A stretch of DNA of 64,000 nt from the human T2T-CHM13v2.0 reference genome, Homo sapiens. Both the position numbers and the translations under genes were made by a program. Shown piece by piece: positions 29,271-47,027 of the stretch (the first letter of the stretch is position 1; each line of letters opens with the position of its first letter). The stretch is from assembly GCF_009914755.1 (NCBI RefSeq), contig NC_060939.1; one strand, given 5' to 3'. The notes below the pieces were generated by a model. It did no database searches. It was not told the DNA's origin and saw only the letters and a program-made list of their open reading frames with translations.

Positions 29271-32200
29271 AAACATTGGCTTATATTATCAGAAGAGGTG
29301 GATGGCTATAACTTGAGACAAAACGTGGTTGATTTCTGACTATAGGTTGAATATCCATATGGGTTCTGGAGTCAGCAGATCTGAGTTGTGGTCCTAGTCC
29401 TGACTTGTCACTTGTGTGACCTTAGTAAGTCCTGGAACCTCTCTATGCCCCAATTTCTCACTTCTGAAATGGCAATAATAACTGATATCTCACCCTGTAG
29501 TGAGAATTAAGTAAATGATTGAATGTAAAAATTTGGCACAATCCTCACTTATAGTAGGTGCTCAATAAATATTAATTAGCTATATAAATGTCAACTTTGA
29601 TGTAGCTGGAAAGAATTTGCCAAATATTTCATGTCAAGGTTATATAACTATTCCAAACTGAGGTATAATTTCTTTTTTTCTGATAAAGGCTAATTTTGAA
29701 AGTTCCTTGTGTCTGCAGACTAACGCACCTTAGAGAAATGGTTCTTTACTTTTTTTGGCGGGGAGTGGGGGCTGGTAGCAAGGAGCTTTTGAAATTAAAT
29801 GAAAGCTCTGATTCCCTCTCTCCTGAAATGGCATCTCATTCTTGGCGTTCACAGCTCCCTGAAGCCCACCCGTGTGGTGAAGGGGGTCCCTGCTCTGCTG
29901 CACTGCTCACAGGCTATAGTGAAAGAACTCAGGCAGCATTCATAGAAGAGGTGGCTGGGAGGAGCAAGCAGGGTCAGCCGTCTTTCAAGGGGTTTGTGGA
30001 AACCAAAAGATGAGACGGCTAGAGATAAGCACATGTGGCCCCGTGGGTGCGTCCTCTTAGAGCCCACTCTCCTGCTAGGGCCAAGCTGGGGCTCACTCAG
30101 AACCTTGTGGGCTCCAGAGTCCCTGGTGTGGTGCCCACCAGCCGGACCCTCATTCACAGTGCATAAATGGTGCTGCAGGGTGGCTGCTGTGTGAGATTCC
30201 TATCCAGGCATGGATCTTTGGTGCCACCCTCACATCAGCTTTCTGTGAGTGTTGTCTCCTAATACCACTGCTTTAGGGTGGCAAGTGGGCACACTGCCAC
30301 AGGTGGTGCATTCCTCAGAACCTCCACCCTGGCAAAGCAGGGTGAGAGTACAGCCTACAGAGCCTTAGGAGATCCGTGGCAACCCGTCTGTGCATCCCCG
30401 CTACCCACCTAGGCATACCTGTTCCTGCCCACTCTCTGGGATCAGCATCAGAACCAAGAGCAAGGCTCTGTCTGGGAGTAAGAGTGGCAGCCACCAGGTG
30501 ACCTGAGGTGATGGGGAAACTCCAGGGTCAGAGAGCTCCTCCTCCCTGGGAAGGAAGAGGCAGAGGGGAGAGCCTTGGGCCTTTGGGAAGGAAGGTTGGT
30601 TTCCTGAGGTGGAGGGAGGGCCCTGGCCTGTTCCTTTTTCCCCTCACAGGGGTCTGGTGCTCAGACTGGGATTTTAGAGGGAATAACTCGATAGCAAATG
30701 GGGAGGTAGATTCCTCACTTCATGGGATCTTTGGAACCAGGGTGTGTGTCTGTGTGTGTCTGTGTGTGTCTTGCTCTGTGTCTGTGTCAGTGTCTTGCTC
30801 TGTGTGCATGTGTGTGTATGTGTGTGTGTCAGTGTCTTGCTCTGTCACCCAAGCTGGAGGTACCATCGTGACTCATTGCAGCCTCTACCTCTCAGGTTCA
30901 AGTGATCCTTGCACCTCAACCTTCCAAGTAGCTGGGACCACAGGAGCACACCACCACACCTGGCTAATTTTTAATTTATTTTTTGTAGAGACCGGGTCTT
31001 CCTATGTTGCCCATCTGGTCTCCCCTGGACAGGCGAGTGGGTGCAAAAGCAGAGGCAGACAGCGCCTCCTGAACTCATATTGGGGGAGCAGAGGAGTGAC
31101 AGTGGCAACTTCATGTTCTACCCTGTCAGGGCAGGGACAGGTTGAGCCCTGCTGATTGCCCCACAGCCCTGTGGGGCGGAGGGATCCCCTCCCAGGGAGT
31201 GGCCAGCTCAGGCCCCAACAGGCCCCAGTGGGGGTGGTGCTGGGTGTCAGGCTCCTCACCACAGCGGACGCACCTGGGACTTGGGCTGGGCGGGCCGGTT
31301 CTTTCTCCCCATGAGAGTTGCAGCCTCAGCACCAGCTTTGCAGGAGGTGGCTGAACTTGAGGGAGTACCCAGAAGGGGGTCCTCAGAGATGGGCATCTAA
31401 GATACTTCAGAGTTGTTGACGCCATGGGGCAACTTTCATGGGGAGGTGAACCAATAACATAGCAGGCATGGCCTTGCTCACTGAGCATTCACTACATGCC
31501 AGTGTTGCCCGTGGCTTTATATGTACTCTCTCCAGCCACCCATGAAGTGCTGTTCATAGCACTCCGTCCTAGATGAAGAAGCTGAGGTTCAGAGTGATTG
31601 TGTGGCTTGCTAAAAGTCCACAAAATATGGAAGGTAGTGAATTCTTCTGACAGAAGAACCTGTGTGCTCAACCACTGGATTCTACCACTTCCAGGAGCAA
31701 GAAAAACAAGAGGCCGGTAGCGGGGAAAATGGTTTGGGGAACGGAGATGAAGCCATTTATTTACATCTGTTGCCAGACCCTGGGTAAAAGCTGCCAGTGA
31801 GTTTTGAAGGCAGTGTAAGTGCTGACCCGGGGTGGATGCCCTCTGCTGCAGAAGGCGCTGCCCCAAGGAAGCTCCCAGCCCTGAGGACTTGGCAGCCATT
31901 GGCTGATTTGAAAGAATACACAGGGTGTGCCAGCTGGTGTCGCTTCCTCTTCAACATGTACTGATGCTGCAGCTGAGCTGCTGCCCAGCCCCTGGGGAGA
32001 AGACACCAGCAGCATGCCCAGCCAGGGCAGGGTGGAGAGCTGCAGCTGCAGGTTGGCATAAGAGGAGAGCTCAGGGCTACAAGGGGATGGTGGTGGGGGG
32101 CCAAGGCCTGGAGAGCTGGGCTGCAGCCAGTGTATGTCTGCGAGGCCTTGCTGGGCAGCCTGCCAGTCAGCACCCGAGAATGGGGAGGAGCTTGAGTGCT

Positions 32201-32480
32201 ACCCCAGGAGGGGGCGGGTGGGACCTTTGGGTTCAAGCTCCACTGGGCTTGGCAGGAGGCCCCTCCCCCACAGCCAGCAAACAAAGCAACAACTCCCAGA
32301 GTAGAACTGTGGGAGCTCCAGAGCCAGGTTCCCCTGGGTGGGAATTAGAGCAGGCAGACCTGGCCAGGAGCCGCCTGGCAGGGACCATCCATGCCCAAGG
32401 ACATGGCCTGCATGCAGCTGGGCAGAGGCTGTACCCATGGATGATTAATGGGTATTGATCACTTGGGAGGCCAGATGTAG

Positions 32481-32894
<414 letters not shown>

Positions 32895-34258
32895 TGAGCC
32901 ACTGCGCCTGGCCTCGTTTCGGCCTCTTTATAATGGATTCCTATACACATTCTTGTGCTTCTGTCCTTGTGTATGTATGTGTGTGTGTATGAGAGAGAGA
33001 AAAATGAGGAAGGTCCATGGGGAGGAGGTGCCAGAGCGTGTGAGTGTGGATGGAGAAGAGGCCAGCTTTGATGATGACTTCATTTTGCTGGCCAAGGCAC
33101 GGAGGAAGCAGTGCTTTTCTCTTCGTCTCTTATTTTGGTACTCCCTTTCCAAGCTGCCTCCTGAGCTCTTTATAAACACTGGCATTCTGGCTGAGAAAGA
33201 CTCGCCAACATCCAAGAGTGGCAAAGGGGAACAGGAGACACATCGTTGGCTTGGGAACCGCTCCCGCTCGCAGGAAGTCTGCTCACAGGAGATTTTTCTC
33301 TGTCAGTGTCCTCGTGTGGTTTCTAGTCTGGGGAGAACACATCAGCACACTAACGGAAGAAAGGGGAGCCCGCAAAGACCAAAGCTGCTGTGCTGGGGGC
33401 GTGGATTCGAGGGCTCTTCTCCAGGCTGACAGCTGGGACCCTCATTTTGTCAGCCCTGTGGAGTTCCTACTAGAGTGCCATGCAAGGCAGTGGGGATTTG
33501 GAAGATGGAAGTCCTGTCACTGTCCTCAAAGGACTTGCTGCCCAGTCGACATAAGACATATTGGAAGCATTTGAGCAGGATATGATTATCCGCTTAGTGA
33601 GGCCGCATCAGCCCCTGTCTCCTCTGCTCTGAGATGAGCACAGCAGTCACACAACTCATGTGTTGCCAAGACACCAGGGCAAAGCAGCCCCACTGCCATT
33701 TTAGGATCTGCTTGATGTGGAGATTCAGGGACTCAACAAATAGTGATTGAGCATGTGGCCAACATCAGGTACTGTTCTAGGTGAGTGCAGTAGGCAGAAG
33801 GTAGAAGAAGGAAATGTAGCTAGTACCTTGACTTTGACAAGATTTCTTGCAATCTTTTTCATAATATTCTTTTTTTTTTTTTGGGTTGGTCGGGGGGACG
33901 GAGTTTCACTCTTGTGCCCAGGCTGGAGCACAGTGGCGCCATCTTGGCTCACTACAACCTCTGTCTCCCGGGTTCAAGCGATTCTCCTGCCTCAGCCTCC
34001 TGAGTAGCTGGGATTATAGGTGTGCACCACCACGCCCGGCTAATTTTCATATTTTTAGTAGAGACAGCGTTTCATCATGTTGGCCAGGCTGGTTTCGAAC
34101 TCCTGACCTCAGGTGATGCGCCCACCTCAGCCTCCTAAAGTGCTCAGATTACGGGCAATGAGCCACTGCTTTCAGCCCATAATAGTCTTATGGATAATAT
34201 GGAGAAATGTGGGCTGAACAGTGCAGTTAGGAGGACACATAGCTAGTTGTTCAGCCTA

Positions 34259-34390
<132 letters not shown>

Positions 34391-34396
34391 CTACTA

Positions 34397-34555
<159 letters not shown>

Positions 34556-34739
34556 TCAAAAAAAAAACAAAAAACATATTGATCTGTTCTAACCTTGATG
34601 GAGGTCTCTAGTGGCGTGCCATTGGGCTCCGTTTGTGACTCTGTCTCACCCATTTATTTATTTACTTACTTATTTTCAGGCTCCCAAAGTGCTGGGATTA
34701 TAGGTGTGAGCCACCGTGCCTGGCTGTCACCCATTTTTG

Positions 34740-37667
<2,928 letters not shown>

Positions 37668-37955
37668 TAGCCAGGATGGTCTCGAGCTCCTGACCTCATG
37701 ATCCGCGCACCTCGGCCTCCCAAAGTGCTGGGATTACAGGCGTGAGCCACCATGCCCGGCCCTGCTCACCCAATATTTTTATCAATAGCTTGAATAAAGG
37801 CATAAGGAATGGTTATCATGTTTACAGATGACCCCATACTGGAAGGGGAAGCCAAATGTATGATAATAGAATCAGTTTTCAACATGACTTCAGTGGGATG
37901 ACATCTGAGCCAGAACCACTAGATTTATTTATTTTATTATTAATTAATTAATTAA

Positions 37956-38075
<120 letters not shown>

Positions 38076-38329
38076 TGAGTAGCTGGGACTACAGGCACCC
38101 ACCACTGTGCCCGGCTAATTTTTTTTTGTATTTTTATTAGAGACGGGGTTTCACCATGGTCTCGATCTCCTGACCTCGTGATCCGCCTGCCTCGGCCTCC
38201 TAAAGTGCTGGGATTACAGGCGTGAGCCACCGCGCCTGGCTGGTAAAACTCTTTATTGGACCAAAGTTGATATAAAAAAAATAGTTCTGGTTGTCAGCTG
38301 ACATGAGTCAGCAGTATTCTGTGACTCAA

Positions 38330-39565
<1,236 letters not shown>

Positions 39566-39648
39566 GCCGGGTCAGGTGTGGTGGCTCACGCCTGAAATCC
39601 CAGCACTTTGGGAGGCCAAGGCAGGTGGATCACGAGGTCAGGAGTTCA

Positions 39649-39879
<231 letters not shown>

Positions 39880-41482
39880 TTAAGGGCTGAGCAGGGCTGG
39901 ACTAGGCGGCAGATAGGGGTTTGGGTATCACTGGCTGTAGGTGGATTGAACCCATTTAGAGTAAGCATCCAAACCTGGGCAATAGTAGCACTGTGGGTGC
40001 TTGGTGCTGTCCATATCCCATGTGGAATTCTGTGTCCAGTTCTGGGAGCCCCTTTAAAAGGGATGCTGCTAGCCTGCACCATGTCCACAGAAGGTGATGG
40101 AGGTACAGAAATCATGCAGCATGAGGAAACTTAGCTGTAAGAAAGGAGACCTGGGACCATGTGGGTGCTGTGCCCACCCTCTTGACAGCATCCCTGTTGT
40201 GGGAGCAGATGTGGCAGACCCTGAAAGTCGGGAGGAGAGGAAAAGAGGTGCTCTGAGGAGGCTGATTTTGGCTGGGGGTGAAGAGGAGCTTTCCTGCAAT
40301 TGCAGCAAATTTATGGAGCGATGGTCTCTACTGCCATGGAAATAACTAGCAGAGGCTTTCACTCTTTTGGACTCTTAACTACAGGAGGAACTACTACATT
40401 TTTCTGTAATCCTGTGCACACTTAGGAAAAGTTGAAGTAGCTTTCCCAAAATTACTTATCCTTTGAGATTATTGCTTAGATAGTTTCTATGTTTTGTTTG
40501 TTTCTTAATGCTGTTGGGATCCACTAAATTGATTTCAGAATCTGCTAATGGTCCAGGCTGCAGTTGGAAACCCCTGGTCTCAGCAGAGCTGAACTCCACC
40601 CGTGGAGATGTTAGGAGCCAGGAGGATTAGGGGTGGGTGCCTCTGGGCTTCCACTCCAGTCTTAGGGGTTCCCTTCCCCTGCCGGGTCACGTGCAGGTTG
40701 TGAAGGTTTTACCTCCTCAGCAGTACATTAAATCCTATTATCCCACTTAAGCTAATCTTGCCCTTCCCCCACCCGAGGGCTTCGCGTGGACAGAATATTA
40801 AGCGGACAAGCCCGCAGGGTGCCTAGACTAAGTGCTGAGCTTGTAGTGAATGCCCAGCCATGACTTGCAGTGGATTGACCTGTGCAAAAATTGGACTCTC
40901 AAGCTGCTAGCCCCAGTGTCAGCACGAGCTCGGCCGAGTTCATTTGGTCGCAGGAACAAGGGGGTCGCCAGGAGCAAGAGCGGAGGGGGCGCCTAAAGGG
41001 AGGAGACCAAGGCCTAATCACCATCCGCCCCCTAACTCCCTAGGCGCATAGCGGGGACGCAGCGTGTCCCCAAACCAACGCCACTAGCAGAGGGTCCCAG
41101 AGGAGCCGGAAGGGGCCAGGGCCTGGGCGGCGGTGGGAGGGTCTGAGCAGTGGGGGCGGGGAGCTGGGGGTCGGCTTTCGTCCGCGTCCCAGCGCTCCGG
41201 CGGCCGCCGGGGCTACTGATCCCGGGCTTGGCCCCTGCGGCAGCGCCCCGAGCTGCCGCCCCTCGCGCTGCCAGCGCCCGGGAAGGAGGAAGGGGGAAGG
41301 GGGCGGGCCGGCCGGGCTCACGGCCGACTTCCTCCTTCAGCCCCGCCCTCCGCCGCTTGCGGGTGAGCTCTGCCCAAGCCGAGGCTGCGGGGCCGGCGCC
41401 GGCGGGAGGACTGCGGTGCCCCGCGGAGGGGCTGAGTTTGCCAGGGCCCACTTGACCCTGTTTCCCACCTCCCGCCCCCCAG

Positions 41483-41603
41483 GTCCGGAGGCGGGGGCCC
41501 CCGGGGCGACTCGGGGGCGGACCGCGGGGCGGAGCTGCCGCCCGTGAGTCCGGCCGAGCCACCTGAGCCCGAGCCGCGGGACACCGTCGCTCCTGCTCTC
41601 CGA
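41483..41603 (+). other. SEMA4B: 5' UTR part of coding exon 1 with an internal splice acceptor for the upstream-promoter isoform
   Basis: CTTGAC branch-like motif + pyrimidine tract TTTCCCACCTCCCGCCCCCCAG|G ending 41482. Confidence 0.6.
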
Positions 41604-41760
41604 ATGCTGCGCACCGCGATGGGCCTGAGGAGCTGGCTCGCCGCCCCATGGGGCGCGCTGCCGCCTCGGCCACCGCTGCTGCTGCTCCTGCTGCTGCTGC
41701 TCCTGCTGCAGCCGCCGCCTCCGACCTGGGCGCTCAGCCCCCGGATCAGCCTGCCTCTGG
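41604..41760 (+). CDS. SEMA4B: Semaphorin-4B, coding exon 1 (signal peptide [53 protein letters not shown])
   Basis: ATG 41604 (second in-frame ATG 41619), 11-Leu hydrophobic core, donor G|GTGAGT at 41761 in phase 1 matching the next exon; translation recognised as the SEMA4B N-terminus. Confidence 0.96.
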
Positions 41761-42294
41761 GTGAGTGCCGGGGACCCGGGGACGCGGGCCGGGGGAAGGA
41801 AGGCTGCCGGGGACGTGCCTCGTGCGGAGGTGGCCGTGACAAAGGACCAAGGAGGGGACCTGTCGGAGGCACGGGATCCATTAGGACCCCTTCTTTTTTC
41901 AAGGCGCTGCGCGGAGGGAGGGAGAGGAGAGGGGAGCTGTGGGGCCGCTGGCCCCTTTCTTCAGTTTTCTTTCTGCGTAGGGATGGGGTCTAGCCCGCTC
42001 TGTCGTCCCCCCTAGTTCCCTTAGGAGGATGCACTTTCGGCGGGGTCCGCCTGCCCATCTACTTGTCTTTGATGCTGACCAGAGCCGACCGCGGTGCCGC
42101 CCCCGAGGGCGGCTCGGGGTAGAGGGAGGCCACTGCTTGCAGTCCTATAAACACTGGGGTTCTGGTATTCCCAGCAAGTCGCAGCAGGGCCGGGAGCTGT
42201 GGTGGGCGGGCAGGCGCCCGATCCTCCCTCTCCGCCCCTCCATCCCTGGCTTGCCAGTGCAGCCCCAAGCCCCAGCATGGAGAGACCTCCAGGC

Positions 42295-42419
42295 CCTGGG
42301 AGCGACCAGACTGCGGATGGGGGCAGCTCTGGGCGCTGACATTCCCAAGTCCTGGGAGCGAACAGACTGCGGATGGGGGCAGCTCTGGGCGCTGACATTC
42401 CCAAGTCCTGGGCGCGACC
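42295..42419. repeat. 56-bp tandem repeat, 2.2 copies
   Basis: Unit CCTGGGAGCGA(C/A)CAGACTGCGGATGGGGGCAGCTCTGGGCGCTGACATTCCCAAGT at 42295 and 42351, partial at 42407. Confidence 0.95.
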
Positions 42420-44684
42420 CCTCCTCAGAGTGACCTGGGAGTAGCATCCTGGTTGGCTGGGTTCCTTTCCTGGTCCTCACATCTGCTTCTGTGGCCACCT
42501 CCTGTTTCAGCCCTCCGCCCTTCCCTCTCCTTTTCCCTTCCATCCGGTTGCTTCTCCAGCTCTTCTTGGGGCACTTGGGCTTTAGATTCAGAGGGTCCTG
42601 GATCCCAAGCCCATTTCTTCCACTGGGCAAGTAAGTGCCTTCTGCTCCCAGTGCCCCACCTTTCTCATCTGCAAAATAGGCAGTCGTAGGTGCCTTGCAA
42701 GGTGTGTTACTCGGGTATGAAGTTTATAAGTGCCCAACAGATGTATCCGCAAGCCCTTTAACTTGTTGGTTGTCATATTGTATGACTTGGAATAAAGCAT
42801 GTATGAATTAGAGGTTACAGACTGAAACTGTCCCAGACTTCCATCTCCTCACAGCATCCCCACCTCTAAAAGCATCCTGTTTACAAAGGGAAATAGTAGA
42901 ATCAGCACTTAAATTAAGGCAGGGCCCTAGCGGCTTCAAGTAACCCTACCTGAACCCCTGTCTGAAATACTGCAGATGACCTGGGTTCAAATGCTACCTC
43001 AGCCACTTAGTAACCATGTGACCTTGAGCAGGCTACTTAAAGTTTCTGGGTCTTGATTTCTTCATCTGTAAAACAGGTATAATAACAGAACCTACCTCAA
43101 GGTAGTGAGGATTAAATCAGCTCGTGTTTGAAAAGTCGTTAGGACAGGGCCTGGTACGGGAACCGCTGAATGAGTGTTACTCAGCTCAGAGTTTACTTCT
43201 GTACATCTTGCCCAGATCTGGGGTGATTCTGCCTGGGGTTAGGACAGGGTTGGGGTGTTAGTTTGACTGTAGCCCCTTGGGTGCTTCAGCTTGTGAAGTC
43301 AGGATGAACAGGTGTAACCAGCCCCAGGCCTGCTGTCTTGCTACTTCTGTTGTGGCCACAACTCCCTTTGCCCTCAGACCCTCTCATTTTTGGGAGAAGG
43401 CAGGGTGAGATGGGGGCAGATGCTCCAATGGACTCCACTTATGGCCTTGGGAAAGCTGGGCCAGCTCATGGGACCATGTCAAAAGACGGTAGGTTTCATG
43501 TCCAACTCTGGAACTGGATGGGACAATCACAGGGTAGCTAGAAGGCAAAACTGGAGAGCAGCGAGGGGAATCGAGGGGACCTGCTTCCCGAGGAGCAGCT
43601 AGAATACTTGGTTATTATTACCAATGCAGCTGCAGGACCTGGTCCACTTCTACAAGCCCGTGACTGTTCCCAGGCTTCTGTCACGCACCAGCATTCACCT
43701 GTCAGGGCTGCCGTAGGTGGGCTTGCATTTTGTGCATTGTACCAAGGTGCCCAGCTGAGGGTTGAGAGGACCTGAAATGCAGTCCACACTCAGCTCTCCA
43801 ACCTAAGAGTCCTGGAGCAAAAGACCCCTTCTGCTATGTTCTTGGGGCTAGGTCTGCCCGGAGTGGCCCATTTTTCCAGTCCCACCAAAGCCCTGGAATA
43901 GTGTAGTGGCACCTAGCTACCTGAACTTGTGAGCACGTATCTATAGTCGACTGAGTTGCCACTATACCCTGGAGTGCCCCCTCTCTGGGCTTCCTCCTGG
44001 CCCTCATACCCACCTCCTACTCTTACCTACGTGCAGGTCCTAGGGCTGGCTGGGAGTCCGAGAGGGGAATGCCCTGGTAACTGAACAGGCTCACCCTTGA
44101 GTGTGGCCTAAGGCGGTTTCCTGCCTCATCCCAGGGGGCTCATTAGATGTTCCTGGCAGTGTGCCCATCCTGGGCAGGCTCGTGGTGACCATGGGACGCC
44201 GGGCCCAGGGCCCTAGTGCCCTCCCTTGCATGCATCTTAGGAGAAAGAGTCATGGAACTGGATATTACACACCCCTCTTTCCTCCTGCCACTCACTCCTC
44301 TACTGAATTCCCACCCATGCCCCGTAAGGACCCAGATGCCTAGGGACAGTGGGGCTATGTCTGTGGTTTAAAACAAAATCCCTTGAAGTGGAGCGTCCAG
44401 CTTGCCCTGCATCTGGGGTCCTTCATAGGGAACCCTAATTATTGTTGATGAACAGCACATTCCTGGGGTGCTTAAGATGCAGGGAGCCGATTTGTGGCCT
44501 CGCCCAGTGGCCAGTAGGGAGAGGAGGATGAGGGGACAGCCACTGGGGGCTCCACAGTCAGCTGGAAATCTCTGAAAGGAACACTTCAAAGAAGTGTGTG
44601 GAATTTGGGTTCTCTTGCGTTGGAACTACCATGCAGAGCTCCAGGACCAAAGCCTCGGTCAGGAGCAGGAGTGGTGCTGAGTAG

Positions 44685-44960
<276 letters not shown>

Positions 44961-46506
44961 TAGCTAATTTTTGTATTTTTGTAGAGATGGGATTTCACCA
45001 TGTTGTCCAGGCTGGTCTCGAACTTCTGACCTTAGGTGATCTGCCCATCTTGGCCTCCCAAAGTGCTGGGATTACAGGCATGAGCCACCACATCCGGCCT
45101 TAAAGGGAGTTATTAATTCCCTCCTGCCCCAGAAGTGCCGGGCGGGAAAGCTCTGGACGCAGTATTTCTGAAGCAGATTGGACAGAAATCTGCAGGCCTG
45201 CAAACTGCAGTCAACAAAACCCCATTGAGCAGAGAGAATGGAGCATTTGGCACAAATCAGCTGCTTGCCCTCTGGCCCTGGAGGAGGCAGCCAGGGTCAA
45301 GGCTGCCCTGGGAAGCCCTGATGCTGGTCGCTTGTTGAGCCCTCAGCCCGGTTACTGGCTTCCCTCCTTGACATGGTCTCAACTGGACATGAGCCTTTGT
45401 CCCCAGCTCTGTCCTATGGGCCAGCATCTCTTTGGCTCTGCAGAGGTGAGTGGAAGGCGCTCTAACTGCGGATGCTCAGAGCCTGGCTTTGTAAAGTAGC
45501 TTGCCACCCTTACTAACTGCACAACCTTGGGCAAGCTCCTGGCCTTCTCCAGGCCCATTTTCACATTAGCAAGAGAGGAATAATGGCCATCTTCACAGTG
45601 TTCTGAGAGGATTACATGAAATAATGTATGTAAAGTGTTTGGCATGGTGCCTGGCACATGCTGCATCCGTAGTAAAAAGGTAGCTTCTGCTCTGGTGTGC
45701 TAGAAACCCCCTGCCAGCCTTGCTTGGTGAGGTTATTTGCATCCATTTTTGTGCACACTGGTGGTATGCAGGCCCTCTGCTAGGTGCCAAGCCTTGTCAG
45801 GCTTAGTGCCTGCCCTGGTAGAAAAGACAAAGCAAGGCCCCCAGGAGCTGATTGGAGGTCATTACCAGGGGTCCTGCTTAATTATAGCCCAGTTATTAAG
45901 TGCTCCTGATTCAGCCTTTTCAAAGTCCTCCTTTGCCTGAAGAACCTCCTCTGCATGGGGCTGGACCATGCCTCTCCCTGCCTGCCCTTCACTGGTTCCG
46001 CTCTGCCTTCAGCACAACCCACATCCAGCTGGTGTTGAAATACCTCTGTGCCAACCCAGGAGAGCGCTAAACTTGCACAACTTTTGGGGCATATCTGGAT
46101 ATACCAGCATGTTCATCCTCTAGGCAAGAGACAGAGGGTGGCACGGGGCCTGGAGAAAAGGCTAGACTCGGGTCATGTCATCAATCACTCCTTCCTTTAT
46201 CTTCTTAGAGCCTGTTGCCTCTCACTCCACCCCCATGGGTGCTCAGGCTGGCGCAGGACTCAGGGGGCCTCTGATGTGGCCCTCCCTGGGGATCGGGGCA
46301 ACAGGAACAACACAACGCGAGACTCCTGTGGTCGAGGCCTGCCTTCCCTCAGATTAGCTTTTTGGGAAGTCTGCTCCCTTGGACTGCATTCTCCATGCTT
46401 TTCCCCAGCTGGTTTCCCTGCCCCTCCTCTTCACATTCTGACCTCCCTGTGCTGGATGTGGGACAGCTATCCTGTCTGTAAGATAAGATAATTAAAAGCC
46501 TGGTGG

Positions 46507-47027
46507 CTCTTTCCCTGCTGCCACCAAGTCATGCAGAGACGGAGGCTCAGGCTCAGTTGCGTTCAAGATTCGGCTTCACCCGTAACCCACTGCCATGGCC
46601 GAGGAAGGCATTGCTGCTGGAGGGGTAATGGACATTAATGCTGCTTTACAAGAGCTGTTGAAGACAGCCCTCATCCACGATGGCCTAGCACATGGAATTC
46701 GCAAAGCTACCAAAGCCTTAGACAAGCGCCAAGCCCATCTTTGTGTGCTTGCATCCAACGGTGATGAGACTGTGTATGTCAAGTTGGTGGAAGCCCTTTG
46801 TGCTGAGCACCAAATCAACCTAATTAAGGTTGATGACAAAAGAAACTGGGGGAATGGGTAGGTCTCTGTCAAATTGACAGAGAGGGGAAACCCCGTAAAG
46901 TGGTTGGTTGCAGTTGTATAGTAGTTAAGGACTATGGCAAGGAGTCTCAGGCCAAGCATGTCATCAGAGAGAACTTCTAATGCAAGAAATGAAGAAAATA
47001 TCTTTGGCTCACAAAAAAACAAAAAAA
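46507..47027 (+). pseudogene. Processed pseudogene of ribosomal protein S12 (RPS12/eS12), full length, in SEMA4B intron
   Basis: 5'TOP CTCTTTCCC at 46507; ATG 46595 [24 protein letters not shown]..; intronless; 1-nt deletion near 46838 shifts frame; AAA>TAA near the end; parental TGA 46990-46992; A tail; 12-bp TSD AAAAGCCTGGTG (46494-46505, 47024-47035). Confidence 0.96.

Larger units (their letters stand above)
40760..42250. promoter_or_regulatory. CpG island / main SEMA4B promoter spanning coding exon 1
   Basis: Dense CpG and multiple GC boxes (41150-41540), no repeats, overlaps the start codon. Confidence 0.88.

Noticed and set aside
41544-41603. In-frame GTG upstream of the SEMA4B ATG (possible N-terminal extension)
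   Set aside because: Weak context (CCCGTGA); no evidence beyond the ORF caller's start choice.
41032-41902. Antisense ORFs of 213 and 194 aa over exon 1
   Set aside because: Expected from extreme GC content; no supporting motif or splice structure.
42295-42419. CRISPR-like repeat
   Set aside because: Contiguous tandem copies without spacers, in eukaryotic DNA.
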